DNA of 34,796 nt from a virus. Its lineage: Duplodnaviria > Caudoviricetes. The translations under genes were made by a program, and so were the position numbers. Position 1 is the stretch's first letter, and the number at the start of each line of letters is the position of its first letter. Below the pieces are notes generated by a model. The model did no database searches, was not told the origin of the DNA, and saw only the letters and a list, made by a program, of their open reading frames with translations. Below, piece after piece: positions 14,775 to 23,596 of the stretch. The DNA is taken from positions 1 to 34,796 of IMG/VR virus record IMGVR_UViG_3300044667_000052; one strand, written 5' to 3'.

Positions 14775-15797
14775 ATGACTGATGCCAACCCCGCGCAAGC
14801 GGCTGGTGACAGCGAAGCATTGACCGTCGATGCCGGCGCCGATGCGATTACCGATCTTTTGAAAGACCCGGAAACGGACCTCTCGGAAGAAGATCAGGGC
14901 CAACAGGACGAGACCGAGGAAGCCGAGGCTGAAGGCGAAGAGCCGGAAGCTGAAGAGGCCGAGGAAACGTCCGAAGAGGACGACCAAGAGCAAGAGGAAG
15001 GCGGACCACAGGGCTACGAGTCGGGCAAATTCGCGGCCGATACCGCGAATGTGCGCCTGAAAGACGGGACTGTGATCTCCGTGCAAGACCTCAAGCGCGG
15101 TTATCTCTCTCAAGCTTCGTTCACGCGCGGCTCTCAGGAAAACGCCAGAGAACGTGAAGTTCTGGCCTCCCAGAAAGCCGAAGTTGAACAATACGCTCGC
15201 TCTCTGCAGGAGCAGCGGGATTTTATCCTTCAGGTGTCGCAGCAGTTCTTGCCGCAGCCGCCGGACGATGCGTTGCTGAATCAAAATTCGACCAGCTACG
15301 ACCCGATCCGGTACATGGCGGAAAAGGCTGACTACGAACGACGGATCGGACAACTGCAGCAATTGCATTCTGCCGCGCAGGCCGAACAGGCTCGTGCGAC
15401 CCAGGATCAGCAGCGTCTGCAAAAGGAAGCGCGCGACCGCGAAACTCAGCTTCTTGCGAAGGCAATGCCGGAACTCAAAAAGCCGGAAGTCGCCAAGAAA
15501 TTCTGGGCTGAATCGGTTGAGACGATGGCGGAATACGGATTCTCGGAAGAGGATTTGAACAACGCGATCGATCACCGTTTCTATCGAATATTCCGCGACC
15601 TCGCGGCATATCGGCGCGCGCGTAAGAACCTCCCGACCGTCAAGCAATCCGTGCAGTCAAAGCCCGTTTTGACGGGCAAGAAGCGCATGGACCCGAAGGC
15701 GAAAACCTCCCGCGAGCAACAGGCCAGACGCGAGCAGTTGCGACAAACCGGCGATTTCGATGCCGGCGTCAATGCACTCATGGACCTTGATCTCTAG
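14775..15797 (+). CDS. Capsid scaffolding protein
   Basis: Very acidic N-terminus, ISVQDLKRGY...FTR motif, coiled coil. Precedes the capsid gene. Confidence 0.88.
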   Translation: MTDANPAQAAGDSEALTVDAGADAITDLLKDPETDLSEEDQGQQDETEEAEAEGEEPEAEEAEETSEEDDQEQEEGGPQGYESGKFAADTANVRLKDGTVISVQDLKRGYLSQASFTRGSQENAREREVLASQKAEVEQYARSLQEQRDFILQVSQQFLPQPPDDALLNQNSTSYDPIRYMAEKADYERRIGQLQQLHSAAQAEQARATQDQQRLQKEARDRETQLLAKAMPELKKPEVAKKFWAESVETMAEYGFSEEDLNNAIDHRFYRIFRDLAAYRRARKNLPTVKQSVQSKPVLTGKKRMDPKAKTSREQQARREQLRQTGDFDAGVNALMDLDL

Positions 15798-15808
15798 GAG
15801 ACACATCA

Positions 15809-16819
15809 ATGGCACAGGTTGCCAACACTTACGAAACCTACGACGCCACCGGCCTTCGCGAAGAGCTGGCGGACAAGATTCACATGATCACGCCGGAGGA
15901 AACTCCGTTTACCTCCCTGATCGGCCGGCGTCCGGTCGTGTCCACGCATCCTGAGTGGCAGACCGACACGCTTGCATCGCCCGACACCAACAACAACCAG
16001 CCGGAAGGCAACGACTGGACGTTCGATGCGGTGAACCCGACTGTTCGGGTCGGCAGCTACACGCAAATCAGCGACAAGAAGATCATCATCTCGCGCACCG
16101 AGGATAAGACCTCGAAAGCCGGTCGCAAGTCCGAGCTTGCGCGCGAGATCGCCAAGAAGGGCGTTGAACTGCGGATCGACATGGAATCCATTGTCCTGTC
16201 GAACCAGGCTTCGACGGCTGGTTCTGGCAACGGCGCGTCCAACCGCAAGCTGGGCGGCTTCCGCGCGTGGCTTTCGAGCAACGATAACATGGGCTCGGGC
16301 GGCGCGTCCGGCGGCTTCAACAGCAGCACCAAGGTTGTCGATGCTGCGACCAACGGCACGCAACGCGCGTTCACCAAGGCGATCCTGGATGCAACGATCC
16401 TGTCGGCCTACAACGCAGGCGGCTCGCCCAAGACGCTGATGGTCTCGCCCTATGCCAAGACCGTGTTCTCTACGTTCATGGCAGACGCGAACGTGGCGCA
16501 GCAGCGCTATGCCGCGTCGAAATCGGGCCAGACCACAATCGTCGCTGCAGCGGACATGTACCTGTCCGACTTCGGCCCGGTCTCGGTTGTGCCGAACCGG
16601 CAGATGGCGCGTGCCGGCGCGGCGGTCGCCCGCAATGCCTTCCTGATCGATCCAAGGATGGTGGCTTTGGGCGTGTTCGATGACATCCAGCTTGTGAAGC
16701 CGGCGAAAACCGGTGACGCCGAAAAGCGGGTGCTTGTCACCGAATATACGCTGCTCGTGAACAACGAGGCGGCTCACGGCGTGGCGGCTGACATCTTCGG
16801 CCTGACCTCTGCTTCCTGA
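15809..16819 (+). CDS. Major capsid protein (DUF5309/SU10-like)
   Basis: AGGAG RBS. GLREELAD.I.MITPEETPF, HPEWQTDTL, YTQIS and EYTL.V.NE.AHG motifs. Confidence 0.92.
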   Translation: MAQVANTYETYDATGLREELADKIHMITPEETPFTSLIGRRPVVSTHPEWQTDTLASPDTNNNQPEGNDWTFDAVNPTVRVGSYTQISDKKIIISRTEDKTSKAGRKSELAREIAKKGVELRIDMESIVLSNQASTAGSGNGASNRKLGGFRAWLSSNDNMGSGGASGGFNSSTKVVDAATNGTQRAFTKAILDATILSAYNAGGSPKTLMVSPYAKTVFSTFMADANVAQQRYAASKSGQTTIVAAADMYLSDFGPVSVVPNRQMARAGAAVARNAFLIDPRMVALGVFDDIQLVKPAKTGDAEKRVLVTEYTLLVNNEAAHGVAADIFGLTSAS

Positions 16820-16832
16820 TAGGAGATTCAGC

Positions 16833-17258
16833 ATGGCTTATCCGACCCAACCCATCACTGTTACCGCGAGCCTTACGCTGGATCGTGACATGCACTCGGG
16901 CAACATCGTTTGCCTGAGTGCGGCGGCCGGCCTCACTGTCACGCTGCCGGCCTCGACCGGTGGCGGCGACGTGTACGAGTTGTTCGTTGTGACCACGGTC
17001 ACGTCGAACAATTACATCGTGCAGGTGGCGAACAGCACTGATATCATGCAGGGCGTTATTCACCTGACCACGGATATCGCTGGCACGTCGATGCCGACCG
17101 CCTCGACCACGGACACCATCACCATGAACGGCTCGACCACGGGCGGCGTGAAAGGGACGTGGATTCGTCTCAAGGACGCGGCCGCCGGCATTTGGCTGCT
17201 GGATGGCGGTGTTGTCTGCACAGGGACCGAGGCAAGTCCATTCAGTGCTGCCGTTTAA
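16833..17258 (+). CDS. Putative capsid decoration protein
   Basis: AGGAG RBS. Thr-rich beta protein between the capsid gene and its terminator. Confidence 0.7.
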   Translation: MAYPTQPITVTASLTLDRDMHSGNIVCLSAAAGLTVTLPASTGGGDVYELFVVTTVTSNNYIVQVANSTDIMQGVIHLTTDIAGTSMPTASTTDTITMNGSTTGGVKGTWIRLKDAAAGIWLLDGGVVCTGTEASPFSAAV

Positions 17259-17281
17259 TCCGGGACTAAACTTGAATGTGC

Positions 17282-17312
17282 AGGGCGCCCTACGGGGCGC
17301 CTTTTCATTTTC
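17282..17312 (+). terminator. Rho-independent terminator after the capsid genes
   Basis: AGGGCGCCC-TACG-GGGCGCCTT followed by TTCATTTT. Confidence 0.85.
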
Positions 17313-17322
17313 GGAGTGAGAA

Positions 17323-17697
17323 ATGCCGAAAGGCGTTTACGAGCGCAAACCCAAGGAAGATCACATGGCCTCCAATGAAACCCCGCAGACTCCTGCGGCT
17401 TCGATTGAGAAGCAGAAGCTGTTTCCCGTCGTGCTAAACAAGAACTATGTGCCGCGCGGCGAATATCAGATCCTCGGCTATCTGAAAGAGGCTGTGAGGC
17501 GGAAGGACGCGACCGGCATTGAGCGCGTGGTCGAACCGGAACGATTTGTCGAAGGCGAGATGAAGCCGCATCAGACGCCGGGCGTTGGTTACGCCGACAA
17601 GATTTGGGCTGGAACGCACATCAGCATTCCGGTTGAAGAAGCCAAGCAATTGGTCGCCAAGAAGATTGCTGATCGGGCCGATGCCATCCCTGCCTGA
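17323..17697 (+). CDS. Hypothetical head-module protein
   Basis: GGAG RBS. In-operon ORF. Confidence 0.8.
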   Translation: MPKGVYERKPKEDHMASNETPQTPAASIEKQKLFPVVLNKNYVPRGEYQILGYLKEAVRRKDATGIERVVEPERFVEGEMKPHQTPGVGYADKIWAGTHISIPVEEAKQLVAKKIADRADAIPA

Positions 17698-18043
17698 CCC
17701 GTCCAGAATCCCGGATCATCTCTGGGAGTTCGACGGCTTCTCAAGCGACGGTCTGCGTCGGCACTACGTCTACTGGGTCGACAAGGCGAACGGCGTTGGC
17801 TTCCGCAAAACGGAGAACCTTGTCGAGGATGAGCTGATCGCGCGCAACCAGGACAGCCTCAACGAGTCCTACGGCAAGCGGTTCAGTGACGATGCGGTGG
17901 GGACCAAAGTCGCTAGCATTCCTTTGAACGTTTTCTATCGCGACTTCGCCAAGCGGCTGAAGGAAGGCGATTCAGATTTCGTCAAATGGTGGCTCAATAA
18001 CCAGCAGAACCGGCCTTATCGCACATTTCGGGGGCGTATCTAA
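17681..18043 (+). CDS. Hypothetical protein (VASIPL...KWWLN...PYRT)
   Basis: ATG 17681 overlaps the previous gene. Stop abuts the adaptor start. Confidence 0.8.
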   Translation: MPSLPDPSRIPDHLWEFDGFSSDGLRRHYVYWVDKANGVGFRKTENLVEDELIARNQDSLNESYGKRFSDDAVGTKVASIPLNVFYRDFAKRLKEGDSDFVKWWLNNQQNRPYRTFRGRI

Positions 18044-18688
18044 GTGGCGCTGGCAACCTATGCTGACCTTCAGGACGCGATTGCGGGCTATCTGGCACGC
18101 AACGACCTCACCGCGCGGATCCCAGACTTTATCGCATTGACCGAGGCAAAGCTGAACCGCTCGCTGTTCGTGCCGCAGATGGAGCAGCGCTCAACCGCAA
18201 CGGTTGACACCAATTCGGATGAGCCGGAGTTTATTTCGCTGCCAAGCGATTTCCAGAGCATGCGCAGTGTGCGGCTGAACGGGGTGTCTGGCAAGCCAAG
18301 GCTGGAGTATCTGTCAAAGACCCAACTTGATGACTACCGCTACAGCATCGAGAACCCCACAGGGCAGCCGCTTTATTTTGCGATCGTCGGATCGGAAATG
18401 GAATTGGCCCCGACCCCGAACGACGCCTACACAATCGAGATGATGTACCGGAAGCTTATTCCGGCGCTGAGCAACACCACCAGCAGCAACTGGCTTCTTA
18501 CCTTCGCGCCCGATCTTTATCTGTACGGCTCGCTGATGGAAGCTGAGCCCTACATGAAGAACGACGAACGTGTTCAACTTTGGGCGTCGGCATTCTCGAC
18601 AGTGCTTGATGGGCTCAATCTGTTCGGCGCGCGGCAGGCCGTTGATGCCGGTCCCTCCACGATCTCGTTGCCGGGCGTGACACCTTAA
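18044..18688 (+). CDS. Head-tail adaptor (tail tubular A-like)
   Basis: TYADLQDAIAGYLARNDL...IPDFIALTE and NWLL...PDLYLYGSL.EA.PY motifs. Confidence 0.85.
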   Translation: MALATYADLQDAIAGYLARNDLTARIPDFIALTEAKLNRSLFVPQMEQRSTATVDTNSDEPEFISLPSDFQSMRSVRLNGVSGKPRLEYLSKTQLDDYRYSIENPTGQPLYFAIVGSEMELAPTPNDAYTIEMMYRKLIPALSNTTSSNWLLTFAPDLYLYGSLMEAEPYMKNDERVQLWASAFSTVLDGLNLFGARQAVDAGPSTISLPGVTP

Positions 18689-18691
18689 CCG

Positions 18692-20194
18692 ATGGCTCCC
18701 CGCATCACTCATTCCAAGGTCTCGACCAGAGCGGCCGGGACCGATAGCGGTCGCATCTACGGGCCGGACTGGAATGATGCTCATGTCATCGAAGGCTTGG
18801 ACATTGGCACCGATGTGCAGGCCCATGACGCGACGCTTGACGCCTTGGCTGCGCTGGATGCTACAACTGGCTTCGTGGCTGAAACAGCCACTGACACCTT
18901 CGCCAAGCGCACGCTGCAGGCCCCCGCCGCTGGCCTGACAATTGCCAATCCAGCCGGCGTCGCTGGCGATCCGACCTTTGCGCTCGCGAACGACCTCGCC
19001 GCGCTGGAAGGGATGAGCGGGACGGGCCTTGTCGCCCGTACAGCCACCGAGACCTATGCGCAACGCGTGCTCACAGGCACGACCAATCGTTTGGCGGTGA
19101 CGAACGGCGATGGCGTCGCTGGCAATCCCACGTTGGATATCTCGTCGTCCTATGTCGGACAGGCCACGATCACGACGCTCGGCACCGTTGCAGCCGGAAC
19201 GTGGCAGGCGACGAAGATAGGTCTCGCCTACGGTGGCACCAATGCGGACCTAAGCGCAACGGGCGGCGCGGGTCAGTATCTCAAGCAGACCAGCGCGGGC
19301 GCTGCGGTCACGGTCGGCACGATCCCCGCCTCTGATATCGCTTCTGGCGCCGCACTCTCCGGGGTGAATGACACCAACGTCACGCTGACGCTTGGCGGCA
19401 CGCCGACCACGGCATTGCTCAAGGCTACCTCGATCACGCTTGGCTGGACCGGTCAGCTTGGCGTGACCCGAGGCGGGACAGGGCTCGGCTCGTTCAACCA
19501 AGGCGATCTTGTCTATGCGTCGGCCGCGAATACGCTGGCTGCGCTTGCCAAGAATACGACTGCGACGCGCTATCTGTCGAACACTGGCACGAGCAACGCG
19601 CCGGCATGGTCGCAGGTCAATCTTGCCAATGGTGTGACCGGCAATCTACCTGTCGGCAATCTCAACAGCGGGACAAGCGCGAGCTCATCGACGTTCTGGC
19701 GCGGCGACGGCACCTGGGCAACGCCTGCCGGGGGTGGCAACGTCACCAATTCTGGTACGCCGACCAGCGGACAGCTTGCCGTCTGGACAAGTTCTACTGC
19801 TATTCAGGGCGTTTCGCTGCTTTCGTCGCTGACCAATTCGCTTGGCGCGGACGTGAGCCTTAGCAATACCACCCTGTATTTTGATGGCCCAAGCGTTGCG
19901 CAGGGCACGACCGGAACATGGTTCGTATCAGGCACAGTTACGATAGTAGATACCTCCGGCGCGGCAGCATTCCAGGTTAAATTGTGGGACGGCACCACGG
20001 TTGTAGCATCAACACAAGGGCTTACGAATGCTGCGAACGTTGTCGGCTCGATCTCAGTTTCTGGCGTCATCGCTTCACCGGCCGGCAATCTCCGAATTTC
20101 AGTAAAGGATTTGAACTTCGCGTCTGGAAAAATCCTTTTCAATAACAGCGGCAATTCAAAGGACAGCACCATCACTGCTGTGCGCATTGCCTGA
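18692..20194 (+). CDS. Tail fibre protein
   Basis: Gly/Thr/Ala-rich. Duplicated segments (GVAGDPT / GVAGNPT), GGT repeats, [10 protein letters not shown] motif. Confidence 0.8.
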   Translation: MAPRITHSKVSTRAAGTDSGRIYGPDWNDAHVIEGLDIGTDVQAHDATLDALAALDATTGFVAETATDTFAKRTLQAPAAGLTIANPAGVAGDPTFALANDLAALEGMSGTGLVARTATETYAQRVLTGTTNRLAVTNGDGVAGNPTLDISSSYVGQATITTLGTVAAGTWQATKIGLAYGGTNADLSATGGAGQYLKQTSAGAAVTVGTIPASDIASGAALSGVNDTNVTLTLGGTPTTALLKATSITLGWTGQLGVTRGGTGLGSFNQGDLVYASAANTLAALAKNTTATRYLSNTGTSNAPAWSQVNLANGVTGNLPVGNLNSGTSASSSTFWRGDGTWATPAGGGNVTNSGTPTSGQLAVWTSSTAIQGVSLLSSLTNSLGADVSLSNTTLYFDGPSVAQGTTGTWFVSGTVTIVDTSGAAAFQVKLWDGTTVVASTQGLTNAANVVGSISVSGVIASPAGNLRISVKDLNFASGKILFNNSGNSKDSTITAVRIA

Positions 20195-20364
20195 TGCCCA
20201 ACCGTCCCCGCGCCTTCGATGGCTACGCTTTCGATCCTGACACCTTCGACTGCGAGTTCTTCACCGAAGTTACTCCATCGGTTGAAGCCTGGACCCCTGA
20301 ATCCAGTGAGACAGAAACGTGGACGCCAAAAGCGCCGCGCGTTCGTGATTCCGAACCTCAATAG
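20194..20364 (+). CDS. 56-aa acidic peptide with AFD and WTP repeats
   Basis: TGATG coupling. [56 protein letters not shown]. Its stop overlaps the next RBS. Confidence 0.7.
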   Translation: MPNRPRAFDGYAFDPDTFDCEFFTEVTPSVEAWTPESSETETWTPKAPRVRDSEPQ

Positions 20365-20373
20365 GAGGCTAAA

Positions 20374-20799
20374 ATCGCAACATTTACCAAATACAACACC
20401 TTCGTTGAGAACCTGTCGAACAAGCTGATCGACGCATTTGGCTCAACGGATACGTGGAAAGCTGCCATCCATACCGATGCACCGACCGCGACCGACAACG
20501 GCCTCTCTGACCTGACGCAGATCAGCGGTGCGAACGGTTACACAACGGGCGGCTCTGATATCTCGTTCAACTCGACCCGCTCGGGCGGGACGGTCACAGC
20601 AACCGCAACCGATGTGACGTGGACCGCTTCAGGCGGCAACCTCGGTAGCAGCACGACCGGACGCTATGTGTCGATCTATGACGCCACTTCAGCAGGCACA
20701 AATCTGTTATGCTCGTATGACTACGGATCGCCCTTCACGGTCGCCGACACCGAGACATTTACGGTTGACTTCGGCGCCTCGCTCTACACTCTGGCATAG
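20374..20799 (+). CDS. 141-aa virion structural protein with apparent ATC start
   Basis: AGGAGG-ctaaa-ATC GCA ACA TTT ACC AAA..., open and in frame with track ORF 20614..20799. Confidence 0.8.
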   Translation: MATFTKYNTFVENLSNKLIDAFGSTDTWKAAIHTDAPTATDNGLSDLTQISGANGYTTGGSDISFNSTRSGGTVTATATDVTWTASGGNLGSSTTGRYVSIYDATSAGTNLLCSYDYGSPFTVADTETFTVDFGASLYTLA

Positions 20800-20808
20800 G
20801 CGCTGCAG

Positions 20809-21201
20809 ATGAATCCTCATTCGCTTCAGACCGTCGAAATTCACGACAGGAAAACGCCCGCACAGAAGCTCGCTGAAATGGGATGGATCGGTCGGCATGG
20901 TGGCTTCCCGGCCAAGGGCGCTACGCTACCCGAAACCCGCGTGCTTGCCTGTCCGCGTGTCAAGGTTGCTGACCTGCCGGAAGGCTTCCTGAAGCAAAAC
21001 CATATCGACGCGCTTGAGCAGAACCAGAAGATCAAATCGTGCTGCCGGCATCCTGAAAACCATGACGTGTCCGCGTTCAAGTCGCATCCCGACGAGCCGG
21101 CACCGGACATCTATCATTTCCACTGCGACAAGTGCGGCAACACGCATATTTTCTTCTGCGTCGGCAAGACGGATCATCGTCCAGTTTGGGACGCGAGTTG
21201 A
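20809..21201 (+). CDS. Cys/His-rich hypothetical protein, possible metal-binding
   Basis: SCCRHPENH...FHCDKCGNTHIFFC. Confidence 0.75.
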   Translation: MNPHSLQTVEIHDRKTPAQKLAEMGWIGRHGGFPAKGATLPETRVLACPRVKVADLPEGFLKQNHIDALEQNQKIKSCCRHPENHDVSAFKSHPDEPAPDIYHFHCDKCGNTHIFFCVGKTDHRPVWDAS

Positions 21202-21271
21202 TCACCCCATCCCCATGACAGCGAAGGAGGACACATCAAGCCATCCGGTTGGCAAGCTCTGAGGGGCTGAG

Positions 21272-23596
21272 ATGGCGCTGACGACTACTCTTGTTGATCA
21301 GAGCGACCGCGACAGCGGAGGCGCGGACTCTCTAGCGAGTGTGCCAATCGGGACTGCTGCGAGCGATCGCGTTGTTTCGATGGTGATTTTTGCCAACAAC
21401 AATATTAGTTCGTCCACAATCACTATCGGCGGTGTTTCAGCGAAGTTCGTTGCGTCTCCTACTGGAAATACGTTCGGCTGGATTTATGCTAACGTCCCGT
21501 CCGGGACAACCGCAACCGTCAGTGTCTCAGGCTCCGGTGGTTTCTGGATTGATGGCGTTTTTAGAACAGTTGGGGACTCGAGCGCCGGGGTTGTTGAGGC
21601 AAAGTTTAATGAAGCCAACGATACGCCGTTCAGCCCGCTTTCGACAGCAGCATTTTCGGTGGGCGCTGGTGAGAGCCTGGTCGCTCTCGCGCTTGGTGAC
21701 GCGACTACGCTTGGATATTCGGCCGGCGTCACGGGCGGCACGCAATTTACTGATGGGGCCAACAACTATCTTACAGGCGCGCAAGATTACGCATCTGCAG
21801 CCTCACAAGTCGTAACGGCGGCCTTTAGTGGCGGCTCTCCCACTAGCACTCTGGTATTGGCAGGCCGTATCGGCATCATCGCGCCGCCACCACCGACACA
21901 ATGGTCGTTCGTCGGCGTCTCCAGTGCAGTCACCGTCACCTCCGGCAATATCACTCTCACCGAGCCGGCCGGCGTCCAGCAAGACGATATCCTGATTGCT
22001 GCGATCGATGCGCGCGGCAATGCAGCATTCACGCTACCCTCTGGCTGGACCATCGTTGACACCGCGCAGAACAGCGGCAACACGACGGCGGCAGCGACGA
22101 CCTCGATTGCATCGGGCCTCATGGCCTATTGCATTCGCGGGGCCTCCGCTCCGGGCCTGACGTGGAATAGAACCGGCGGCGATCTTGGGTTCGGTCGGAT
22201 CGCGGCATGGCGTGCCAAGACTTCCGGCACGCCAACCTATGGCAGCGGCACCGAAAACACGATCGGGACCGCATCCACATCGGTCACGACCTCTGGTGTA
22301 ACGACGACCGCTGCGAACGAATTGCTTGTCGCAGCAATGTTCGGCGCGAGGAACGTCACGTCCTCGAACTGCCGGGCAGCGACTAGCCCGACCACTGGCT
22401 CCGGCGCAACCGACACATCGTCGGACTCGCAACTCGACGCGTGGACCGAGCGCGCTGATAGCGGCACGACATCGGGCGCAGACGGTGCGCTCGCGATCTT
22501 CGACGCGACCAAGACCACGGCGGGATCGACCGGCACTGTCACGATTACCGCGTCGGCCTCGGCCAGACATGCGGCGGCGCTGGCGCGGTTTCAGTTGCCG
22601 GTGGCTGGAAGCGGCATCACACTCGCTGCTGATGCTGGCTCCTATGCTCTCACCGGCACAGCGGCGGGTGTCAAACACGGTCGCGTTGTTGGTGCCGGTG
22701 CCGGCTCCTATGCCCTCACGGGGCAGGCCGCGACGATCCACAAGGGTTACACCCTTGTCGCAGCGGCCGGCAGTTACAGCCTGTCCGGCTCTACGGCCGC
22801 ACTGGTCAAGGCGTGGAAGCTTCCGGCAGGTGCTGGCTCCTACGCACTGAATGGCTCGGCCGCCACGCTTCGGCATGGCTGGGTCGTCTCGGCCGGTGCT
22901 GGCAGTTATGCGCTGACCGGCACGGATGCGTCACTTGCTATCGTCTCGAACAAGACGATTGCGGCGGGTGCTGGCTCGTACAGCCTGACCGGCAATGCAG
23001 CCAGCGTGCTGCATAGTTGGAAGCTTGCAGCGGCGAGCGGATCATATGCGCTCAACGGTTCGGCCGCTGGTGTTGTTCATGGATACCGGGTCCAAGCCGG
23101 GGCTGGTTCGTACAACCTCACAGGGCAGGCTGCGAGCCTCGTCCATGCGCGCAAGCTGGTAGCGGGCGCTGGGAGCTACGCACTCTCAGGATCAAGCGCA
23201 GGGCTGCTGCACGGCCGCAGGATAGCGGCTACGGCAGGGAGCTACGTTCTTGCAGGCTCCGATGCGAATCTTGTCATCGGCGGCAACCTGTCGCTCTCGG
23301 CCGATGCCGGCAGTTATGTGCTCAGCGGCAGCGCGGCAGGGCTTCTGCATGGTCATGTGCTCAGTGCGGGCGCTGGTTCGTATCAGATCAATGGCTCGAG
23401 CGCAGGATTGATCCACGGCTATTCGCTGGTCGCGGAGAGCGGCAGTTACGAGCTCGCAGGGATGGACGCGACGCTCTGGGCGCCGTCTCACATCGTCTGG
23501 CAGGCCAAGAGCATTCAGGCGGAAGGCTGGACAGGAAAAACGGTGCAACAGGAAGTGTGGACCCCGGTCGATAACGAGCAGGTGACGGGAACGTAA
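21272..23596 (+). CDS. 774-aa fibre-like protein: two N-terminal beta-rich domains plus 13 GSY repeats
   Basis: GAGGGG RBS. PPPP linker between domains, repeat block, and W-repeat C-terminus. TAATG coupling to the next gene. Confidence 0.85.
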   Translation: MALTTTLVDQSDRDSGGADSLASVPIGTAASDRVVSMVIFANNNISSSTITIGGVSAKFVASPTGNTFGWIYANVPSGTTATVSVSGSGGFWIDGVFRTVGDSSAGVVEAKFNEANDTPFSPLSTAAFSVGAGESLVALALGDATTLGYSAGVTGGTQFTDGANNYLTGAQDYASAASQVVTAAFSGGSPTSTLVLAGRIGIIAPPPPTQWSFVGVSSAVTVTSGNITLTEPAGVQQDDILIAAIDARGNAAFTLPSGWTIVDTAQNSGNTTAAATTSIASGLMAYCIRGASAPGLTWNRTGGDLGFGRIAAWRAKTSGTPTYGSGTENTIGTASTSVTTSGVTTTAANELLVAAMFGARNVTSSNCRAATSPTTGSGATDTSSDSQLDAWTERADSGTTSGADGALAIFDATKTTAGSTGTVTITASASARHAAALARFQLPVAGSGITLAADAGSYALTGTAAGVKHGRVVGAGAGSYALTGQAATIHKGYTLVAAAGSYSLSGSTAALVKAWKLPAGAGSYALNGSAATLRHGWVVSAGAGSYALTGTDASLAIVSNKTIAAGAGSYSLTGNAASVLHSWKLAAASGSYALNGSAAGVVHGYRVQAGAGSYNLTGQAASLVHARKLVAGAGSYALSGSSAGLLHGRRIAATAGSYVLAGSDANLVIGGNLSLSADAGSYVLSGSAAGLLHGHVLSAGAGSYQINGSSAGLIHGYSLVAESGSYELAGMDATLWAPSHIVWQAKSIQAEGWTGKTVQQEVWTPVDNEQVTGT
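22616..23480 (+). repeat. 13 protein-level repeats of 22-24 aa (x-x-L/V-x-A-x-A-G-S-Y-x-L-x-G-x-x-A-x-L)
   Basis: Counted in the translation. Units 5 and 10 are 24 aa; the other complete units are 22 aa. Confidence 0.9.

Noticed and set aside
18692-23596. Diversity-generating retroelement or invertible fibre cassette
   Set aside because: No reverse transcriptase, invertase or template/variable repeat pair seen in the window.
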